A stretch of 64,000 bases of DNA from contig CM059432.1 in NCBI GenBank assembly GCA_030390025.1, forward strand, positions 67,706,001-67,770,000, written 5' to 3'. Source of the DNA: Squalus acanthias (Eukaryota). Positions 1 to 9,391 of this stretch are shown here, one piece after another. Below the pieces are notes generated by a model. That model had not been told where the DNA came from. It made no database searches and saw only the letters and a program-made list of their open reading frames with translations. How positions within the stretch are numbered: the first letter of the stretch is position 1; every line of letters starts with the position of its first letter. Both the position numbers and the translations under genes were made by a program.

Positions 1-110
1 GCATCTCACTCTCTAACCAAATGGCACCACAGGTGGCTCAGCTGTACATGGAGGGAGGAGGAAGATCGGGAATGCAATAGTGATAGGGGATTCAATAGTT
101 AGGGGAACAG

Positions 111-1777
111 TGTAAGGGTTTCTGACCCGTGTGGCTCTGTGCTCAGCCTGGGTGCTAGTGCGAGGTTAGGCCTTGTTGCCTGTTCTGGTCTCCAGCCAGT
201 CTGGGAGCACTAGACACCTGTGAGTGGTTCGACCCACTCGCCCTTACGGTTCTGACACTGGACTTAGGTGCGAGAGCAATAATGGAGAGAAAAACTCAGG
301 TAGACCCGGTTGAATGGTGCGAAATGGAAAATCTTTATTGCATATTATTCAAGATTATGAACTACATGTCATAAGCACAGATTAATGACAGTACAATCTT
401 ACACGCAGTTATGTAACTAATTTCAGGGAAACGAGGAACGAACGACACATCGTAAATGGGGGCACACATTACAGTTATCCTTAAAACTTAAACCCTCCCC
501 TATCAATACCTGCTCTAAACTAGATTTGTAGGATCGAGACTCATGCTCACCACTCGTGATAACTCGGAGAATTCCGAAAACTCTGATCGGATGTTTTCCC
601 CGCAGCACCTGATCACCCACGTGTTGATCAGGGGTCTCTGTACCCCACTTGTTTACTCGTTTCTGCTCCGGCTAGCAGGCTGGACCGTCTGCTGTCATGA
701 AGATCTGTGTTGTCCTCGGAGTTCCGACACGACTCGAAAAATAGTCTTCCTGTGCCCTCGCACTGATTCGATAAAACTCAAAGAATAGTCTTCCGATGCC
801 AGTTCTGTAGAACTCAAAGATGGTCTTCCTGGGCAAGGAAAGTGTCTATTCGACCTACAGGCACGGTCGGGGCTTACTGACCGTGGCGATACGTATGGTC
901 GTCTTCTTCTCTTCTCATCTCATCTCATCTCATCTCATCTCATCTCGTCTCGGGCCTTCGGTTCCAACACCGTTTACCGACTTCTCGGGATGGTGTGCCC
1001 GTTTCAAAGCTTCACAGCCCAGTTCCACACAGATCTTCGCGGCAAGCCACGAGGCTGATCCTGGCGGATCGTAAAGTTCAACAGTCTTTAAAAGCTGCAA
1101 GAGACAGAGACACGAGGCAAGCGGCAAGGAGTCGAAAGGATAAGAGAAAAATGGACGGTTGCAGCTTACAGTTATAGTGCGAACACTCTTCTTTTTCCCG
1201 CCCAACCTTAATGTCTTTTCTTTTGTTAGGGTTTTGGCGCTCAAATTTCTTGTATAGGGTGATCTCCGTTTAATGGGTTTCGGGGATACTCGTAACTGTC
1301 TGAGTACCTGTTAATACTTTTCCAATGTGTAACCGGTCGGTATTCTCCCTGAGGGGTTTTGGGGCTTCCAAATGTTTTCTGTAACTACCCGCAAACGGCT
1401 CTCTCATCGTAGAGTCGTGGGGATTTTGCATATTAATGTCTTTGGATGGGTTCTTGATCGCTTGGTACAATAGCCCTTATTCGCACCTGGGAGACCGATT
1501 CCAGTATTTATGTGTATACTGCAAACCCATAATGTCTCGTGTATTATCTCAAATGTGCTGAGTCTTGATCGATCTCGCACAAATGTTTATTGGAACGCCA
1601 TCTTGTCTGCTTATCGAAAAGTCTAGAATGTTCTGCCACGAGGCGTGGCGGCCATTTTTACAGGCTGCTTGTGTCCACTTTGAAAACCTGACAGCATTCT
1701 GCTGAAATAAAACTGTTTGAACGAAACTATGTGTTTTCTCCTTATTTATAAAATCGCGATATATTGCGAATTCTACA
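111..1777 (-). repeat. 3' LTR of provirus (1667 bp)
   Basis: Direct repeat of 11202-12859. Minus strand reads TGTAGAA...CCCTTACA. AATAAA at 339-334 and a (TCTCA)n tract at ~913-946. Confidence 0.95.
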
Positions 1778-1789
1778 GTCCCTCCTGTT
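1778..1789 (-). promoter_or_regulatory. Polypurine tract of provirus
   Basis: Minus strand AACAGGAGGGAC immediately precedes the 3' LTR. Confidence 0.7.
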
Positions 1790-2228
1790 GATGCGAATAA
1801 CTCCGCTTATCGTATCAAAAAATATTGTGGTGAGCAATATTATCTCGATTTCTCCAGATCCAGAAAAATAATCCCCATAACTTAAACTATCTAGGGTCTT
1901 TGCGTCGTCCTTATTTCCCAAAAAATTACATTCTTATAACACCGCAGGCATTATTTGCCTTTAAACTTACACCACTTGTTTTCCTTCCAGGCGTAACCAG
2001 GCCGATGCCTCTCGTATCACCTGTATATTCACATTTTTTATTTAGGGAAAGGAAAAACAAAACAAAACCAAACAATCATATTTAACAACAACACCATCAC
2101 CAAAAATAATCAAAACCAACTCTTAAACATGTCAAGTTCCGAACGTAATTACAGTTTCTGAGAAAATCACGATCGATTACAACACTTCCGAGGTGCACGT
2201 GGCAAACGGGAGTGACGCCATTTTCCGA

Positions 2229-4580
2229 TTACACGGTGCTTTCATCGTGCACGCGCACGTAACGTTCTCGCCACTCTCCCGTGTTTTCGTTCTTGGTGAG
2301 GCGTTTGCCTCTCTTACAATGTACGACCAATAAGTATACCACAATAAACACTTGGCATACAACTAAAATGTGGGAGGCTATTCTAATCCAGGAAGGCACT
2401 TCAATGTTGGTGAACAGATTCCACCACGGTGGAATTACTATGTCCAGAATGTCCGTCCCTATTTCGACAGTTTTCTGCTCTAAAGTGTAAAAATGTTTTT
2501 GTGACACCGCGACGGCTTTTAAAAGCTTGGTGAGGTGTTCAGGGAGAGGGGGAATGAGGTATCCGAAATGCGCGACGAATCGCTGCAGGTCGGTGAAGTT
2601 CTCTTTTACGGTAAGATGAACCGTGGATGGTTCAGGGATTGGGACAATTCGCTGTTGTGCTACTTGAACTTCTGCCCTGGGTTTAAAACAGAAACTGCTG
2701 TCACTCACCGGACACCGGCTACGGTTTCCATGCTGGTAGTGTTGCGCTGCAGTGGTAACACAATATGTTCCACCCCCGATGTATGCAACCTGCGGAGGCA
2801 CATGATCTTGTGCCATTGCCTCCATGGTGCAATTCATGGACTTGGCGCCAGCCGTTCTGAACCCGCACTGTGGTGGTAAAAAGGCATTCACGTGCTGGGG
2901 ACACAGTATTATGTGTGCTCCCCTGCCACGACAACCAGAGAGATCTGTACCTGTCATCGTTTGCTCCCAGCGGATGACGTAAGGTGGAACCGCTGCATAG
3001 CGAATGTGGGCTCCCCCCTGAATGACACCAATGTTCTCTACCCGATACACCGGGGCGGGCTTTGCTGTGTCGCCCAAAACCGTCATACGTAAAACTATAC
3101 CCATAATGGTATGGTTTGATCGTCCGCAGTCCACGGGGACTGGGTATGCTTCTGAAGCTAGCCTGAGCTGGCACGGGCTTAATGCGTTCTGAAAAGGGTG
3201 GAGCGCCCGCAGGTGTTTGTTACTTATCCAGGACGGGACCAAACCTTGTTTTAAATCCTCCAAATTACTGCGGCCCTCGCCCAGTAACCACGCCCCGTAA
3301 AGCATGCACACCTCGTTCTGCGCAGCTTGATCGGATGCATTCCGATCTTCCCTAATCAGGGCATTTACCGTTCTCGCGTGTTTCTCTAGTTCAGCTATTA
3401 TTTCTTTTAAATGGAGAGTCATGGCTTGGTCCTCGTGTAAACCCGACCCAACCACCTTATTTTCATCTGTGAGAATGTCTTTTAATTGCGTTTTTAAGCC
3501 ATTAATCTGGGTCTGCAGCTCCACGCTGTCTAGAGCGTTGACCACAGATGTACCTGTGTTGAAAGCAGTGAACGCGTCGTTCACAACACCCCTTCTTTGC
3601 CTCCCCACCTGATCAAAGACTTCATGTGGTGCGGTGTACAAACTTGTTTTATCAATTTCCGCGAAATCGAATTCGTAAAATTGTCTGAACATCTTGGTCA
3701 ACAGGACCTGATATAACTGTTCCGTCTTTTTGGGGCACCACTCTGGTAACCGCACCTCGGTGAGATTTAAAATCACCGAGGCCACCGCGTAATGTACCCC
3801 CTGAAATAGTATCTGGTCTGTGGGGACCAGTACCAAACCATTCCCGGGTCCCTTACTGGTTTTAGGGCACCCTTCTTCCTTAGCTAGAACCACCGGAATC
3901 GTGGGCGGGGCTTTGCGTGGGCGCGTAATGAGTTCAGTGGCATTTACTGGGATCGGGGAGAATGGGGCCCCGCACCCCCTGGTGCTCGCATCTCACCTCA
4001 TCCCCTGTCCGTTATCCTGCCATTGATTAATGAAAAATATGGAGATGCCTTTGGGGCAAACGTACTTTGACCCCCACATACATACATAAATTCCCTCATC
4101 CGGTTCCCACCATTTGTCCCAACAGACTCTCACTTGTCCGTTTGTCCCCGTAATTGTCCGATGGGTATTATTACCCAGTCGTTCCCACTCGACCGAAGAG
4201 TTCCTCATGTTTTTGCTCAGCTTTCGCAGCCACCACCATCGGCTCAATGGGACATTCCCACTGCAAGTCAAACAAATCCGTTTGCCGACGGTGACGCTGA
4301 TCCTGGGTGCGATGCTCCTTACTTTGGGGCACAGTAAAGAAGTCTCTTGGTAGGCAAACCCCGATGTGCTGGAATACTCCGTTGAGTTCGTTCCCAGCCA
4401 TCCTGGCCACCTTCCCTTGTGGAAATAGGTGGTGGTCTCCTCAGCCTCTCGTCTTCCGGTCCCATCCACCGCGATGGGGGCCGTGTCCCCGGAGCATCCA
4501 AACACCACGACATCCTTGGTGCGGCCTCGATAGGCCAATCCACATCCGATTGCCGCGAGCAATACTAGGATTCGTTCCAT
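2229..4580 (-). CDS. env: Envelope glycoprotein: signal peptide + Ig-like domain + F-like class I fusion protein, with one in-frame TGA at 3993-3995
   Basis: MERILVLLAAIGCGLA signal peptide. ORFs 3993-4796 and 2229-3893 are in the same frame (GMR*DASTRG...). RQRR|GVVNDAFTAF furin site and fusion peptide, heptad repeat, Cys-rich region, C-terminal TM helix and short tail. Confidence 0.88.
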
Positions 4581-4891
4581 CCTTCCTTGGTTCCTGTGAT
4601 CAGATAGAATGAGGTAGCCAGCCTCGCAAGAGTCTCTGGCTTTTGTGAAGGGTGAGCGGGTCCCCTGACCTCGCCTCACGTAAGCTTCAATGTTCGCTGG
4701 ATAAACTTTAACTAAACCTATCTCTAAAACTCCCATCATTTTACTTCTTTCTGTTAAACAAAATTTAACTACCGACTTAAACCGATTTAAAACCAAAACC
4801 TCATAACCTTATCTAAAACTATAAACTTATTCTTAACCTTGAACTATAAACTTATTACTGTACAGCGCCGCCCGTTCCCAGGGCGGCCCCT

Positions 4892-7800
4892 TTAAATTCT
4901 GAAAATGCTTCCGCGAGCTCTTCCCGACGGTGGGAGGGCATTGACCCCTCCCTTTGATCTGCCACAGCCTGTTGCTGCTGCGCTGGGACTGGGCTCTTCC
5001 TGGGCTGCCTTAACATTGAGTCTACGCCTTGGGGCAGTCTGGGGACTTGACCATATCTTCCTGGGCTGGGGTATCCGACCTGACCTACGGAGAGTTACCG
5101 GGGGCAGGAATCCCAGGACCGACGGACCGGGTTCCGAGACTTCCACCGTGGCGACCTGTGGTCCCTCCACAGTTGCTGGCTCCGCCTCCCCTGGCTCCGC
5201 CTCCCTGAACTCGGGACCTGCAGCTTGTGGCACCTTCCTACTCGGCCCAGCAGGCGGCCCTTCACTCGCAGTCCCTACCTCCCCCGAGGGCAGGACGTTC
5301 AAGGCGGGCGGCCCGGGCTCTGAGGCTTCCATCGCCACGCCCTGTAGTCCCACCACAGCGGCTGGCTCCGCCTCCCCTGGCTCCCCCCCCCTGCGTTCGG
5401 GACCTGTAGCTTCGGTTTCCACCCTGTGTGGATCTCTATCTGCAGCCCCTGTCCCCCCTATACCTGAATCGGGGGCGACCCTTTCGTCCTCCGATTCCAG
5501 CTCTTCCTCGTCACTACCTTCACTATCCTCATCTTCGTCGAGCTCCTCGAACTCTCCCTCATCTGACTCCCAACCCCACAAAAATGTCTCACAATTTTCC
5601 AGGATGTCCCCTTCCCTGATGCAAGCTGCTTTGCCTGCCTGTGTGCCCTGTGGCCCTACCTGGGGCTGCGAGTCCCCACTCGCAGGTTTTGCCCCTGTGG
5701 TTGGCCCTTGTGCACCTGGCTTGTACAGTTTGCACTGGTTTACGTGGAACCACTTAGTGCGCCGAGGTACCTTTACGGCGTATACCATGGGACTCGCCTT
5801 ATCTACAATGTTGTAGGGTCCCATATACAGTGGTTCCAGACTCCCTACTCTGGCGTAGTTTCTGACCATGACCTGGTCTCCTACTTCCCACTCCCACGTT
5901 TTGCGGGGTTCCAGCAACAGGCGATTGCCCTGATGCTGCCTTCCCATGTTCCCAGCCGCCTGCTCATAAACCTGCTTCAGGCGCTCCAAGAGGGTCTGGA
6001 CGAACTTGTCCCTGCTTATCTCTTGGAGCTGACCCTCAGTGAGCACCGGCGCTAGCACATGGGTGGGGATTCGCATGATCCTCCCAGTCATCACCTCGTG
6101 CGGGGAATACCCCGTACTTTTTGACTGACTGGCCCGGACCCCCATGAGGACTAGAGGCAGAACCTCCGCCCATTTTTGGGGCGAGTTCATAGTCTCTTTC
6201 CTCAATTTTTCCTTCAGGGTCCGGTTCATGCGTTCAACAATCCCGGATGACTGGGGATTGTGTGCTACGTGCCATTTCCCTTCAATGCCCAAAAGCATGA
6301 GGGTGTTCTGCATCACCTGGCCGGTGAAATGACTCCCTTGGTCTGACTCCACAAAACGGGGAAGTCCCCACCGCGAGAACACTTCCCAGACCAAGATTTT
6401 TGCAGTACCCAGTGCCGTAGCTGTTCGACAGGGGAAGGCTTCCACCCATTTGGAAAACACATCCACCAAGACGAGGCAGTATTTATAGCCTCCCTGGGTG
6501 GTGGGCAGGGGCCCTATATAGTCGATCTGTATCGACTGCCATGGTCCCTCTACCCTTCTTACGTGCCCCATGGGCACTTTCCTTTTCTGGGGGTCTGGGT
6601 TGTTTGCAGCGCACACGAGACAGCTTGCACAGAACTCGCGGACCTGTTCCCTGAGCCCCGGCCACCATCCCGCTTGCTCTACCCGTTGCCAGGTAACCTC
6701 GGGCCCGGGGTGCCCTGCCCCTGGTCCCTCGTGAGCCAACTGGAGGAATTCCCTCCTGTGCTGCTGCGGCACAACCCACTGCTCTTCGCGGAACAGCATG
6801 CCTTCCTTAACTGAGAGGGTTGCCGTACTGTACGGACCCTCTACCTGCTTCCCCTCAGCAAGGGTTTTGAGGACTGCTTTTAGGGCGGGATCCTGGTTCT
6901 GGACGGTCTTAAGGTCTAGGGGCAATGCTACCCTGGTGTTCCCAGGATTCCCGTCCCTGCCTTGGATCGCTGTCATGGGTCTGGGCCCATAGGGGTCCCA
7001 GAAAATGCCGTTGCGGGCACCCCCCCTGGCTAGCGCATCCGCCTGCTGGTTGCCCTCCCCACGGGGCTCTGTGGAGGAGTGAGCCTTCACCTTATGGATG
7101 AAAATCTCCCCTTCCTCCCCTACTGCTGCTAGGATATTTTCCAGCAAGGGCTTCACCGTTAAAGGTCGCCCGTCCGCGGAGGTGTATCCACGGCGGGACC
7201 AAATGGCCAGGTATTCCGTACACGAATTACATGTGAACATACTGCCCGAGCAAATCGTGTATGGGGTTGGGAAAATTTCTGGGTGGGTAACGACGTACAC
7301 CACTGCAGACAGCTCAGCCTGCTGCGCGCTCATAGTGCTAGGGAGCTTGATCGCCAGGGCAAGGTTTGCCGCAGGGTCATAAACTCCGCACCCTGTGAGT
7401 CGTTCGCCAGCAGATACTGTGCTGGAACCATCAACATAAATCTCGCGCCCAGTGGGATGTATCCCGGCCCGCAAGCCTATGTTGACTTCCCACACCCCTT
7501 CCACCGAACACTGGTGGGCTGTACCGGGGTATACCAAATTGGCCGCAAGCCTGGGCTCGCAAAGACCTTCAACTCTAAGATCCATCTGGGAAAGAAGAAG
7601 GGTCCAGCGCGCAATACGCGCGCTGCTTACGGTCCCATCTTTAATCCTCCCATCTAGAAGCATCTTAGTTGGTGTGTGATGGGTGAGGAGAGTGATGGGA
7701 GAGAGCCCTGTGAAGATCGCTGATCTTTTCACAGCCCAATGCGTGGCTAAAAGGTGCCTTTCGCAATTGGAGAAACTTCTCTCCACATCCGTTAACACCC

Positions 7801-9391
7801 TGGACGAATATACAACCGGCCTCAGCTTGCCGTGGCGCTCTTGGAGCAGCACAGCGCTCAAGCTGTCCCCGCTGGCAGCTACCTCCAGGAAAAACTCCTT
7901 CCCCCCATCTATGGCCCCTAAAGCTGGCGCGGTCTGCAGATCCCTTTTTAACTTCTCGAAGGCTGCTTGGCAGCCCTCGTCCCAAGACCACTCCACTCCC
8001 TTATGGAGGAGTCAGAGCAGCGGCGCCGCTGTGGCTGCATAGTCTTCGATAAAATCCCTGCAGTAACCGGTCAGTCCCAAAAAGGACCTCACACCCCTTA
8101 TGGTGTTGGGAATCGGTAACTCTTGCACCGACTCCCTCCTAGCCTTATCTATGGCTCTTTCCCCAGCGCGAATGGTCAGCCCCAGGAATTTTACTTCCTG
8201 CTGACCGATACGTGCTTTCTTAGGGTTTACTTTAAAACCCTTTCTCGCTAGCAGCTCCAATAACTCGGCCAGCAGTGGTCCATGCTCCTCCCTTGAATCC
8301 GTAAATAGGAGCAAATCATCCACGTACTGCACTATCTGATTGGGCTGACTAAACTCTTTTAAACTTCCTGCCATACACTGATGGAAAATACTGGGGCTGT
8401 TGTGGAAACCCTGTGGCAGACAGTTCCATGTGTACTGTTGTCCTTTGAAAGTAAAGGCAAACTTGTACTGGTCCTCTCGCCGCAGCGGGATGGACCAAAA
8501 ACCGTTTGAGATATCCAGCACCGTGAACGTGGTCGCGGACGCTGGGATACTCCCTATTACGTCAGCGACTGCTGCTACCGTGGGCGCACAGGCGAGAATG
8601 TTACTGTTAAGGACTCTGTAGTCCACCGTGGCCCTCCACGAATTATCCGGCTTCCTAACCGGCCATAATGGGGAGTTCACGTGTGTGGCTATCGGCCTCA
8701 ACACGCCCTGCTGCACCAAGGAGGACATTGCTGTCTCCATATCGGGTTCTGCTTCTTTGGGGAAGTTATACTGCTTTTGGGGCCGGGTCATGGGGTCCCC
8801 ATCTACGCTGACCTCAAACCCGGTAACCCTCCCACAATCGTGCTTGTGGGTTGCAAACGCGTGCATATTATCTGACACGTACGTTTGCATGTCCGTTGGG
8901 ACATCCGCGACCATAAGCCCGAGGTCGTAGCCTCCGGATGGCTTCATGGTACACAGGACCCCTGTTTCTTCCTCCCCCGGAATTACCACTACCTCGCCGT
9001 CTCCACCCTTAGCCCCCCAGAGACAGTGATTCCTGAGGTCCACGAGGATCCCGTGCCCTGATAGGAGATCGGACCCGAGGATACCTCTCCCACCCCCCTC
9101 ATGCCATTTCATCAGTATGCACTTCCACGTGATGTGGAGTGCTCCTAAACGAATGGATAGCGGAAGGGAGAACGCGTCAGCCTGTTCTTTTCCCGTGAAC
9201 CCCGCTAATGTGAATGGGACCTTGGTAGATAGCGGTGAGTCAAAAGGGCTATCTGTATGAATCACGGTGCAAGAAGCTCCCGTGTCCAACAAATAACTAC
9301 CCTTCTGTTGCTCTACCTCCATTTCCACCAGGGGTCGCTTCCACGCATCATAGCTGAGCGGACACAGGTAGACGGGCTGCGCGGGCTCTAG
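4892..9391 (-). CDS. pol: Pol polyprotein (protease, RT, tether, RNase HI, integrase, acidic tail) with one in-frame TGA at 8012-8014
   Basis: LLDTGAS protease; LPQG and YVDD RT; degenerate Gypsy-type RNase H (LEVAAS...RPVVYSSR); second RNase H (IYVDGS, AQQAEL, HKVKAH, GNQQADALA); HHCC, D-D-E integrase and GPY motif. ORFs 8012-9328 and 4892-7996 share one frame (APLL*LLHKGVEW). Confidence 0.93.

Noticed and set aside
423..1470. Short ORFs inside the LTRs as accessory genes
   Set aside because: All are <=115 aa with no motifs, and several change between the two LTRs through indels.
4581..4796. N-terminal extension of ORF 3993-4796
   Set aside because: The signal peptide and splice acceptor point to the ATG at 4580; the upstream part is AT-rich spacer.
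4905..5816. 303-aa antisense ORF opposite the integrase tail (possible HBZ/ASP-like gene)
   Set aside because: It lies codon-aligned opposite a GC-rich low-complexity region, where stop-free antisense frames are expected, and has no recognisable motif.
8012..8014. Programmed readthrough within pol
   Set aside because: It falls in the conserved APL..LL RT/connection helix, so CGA>TGA decay is more parsimonious.
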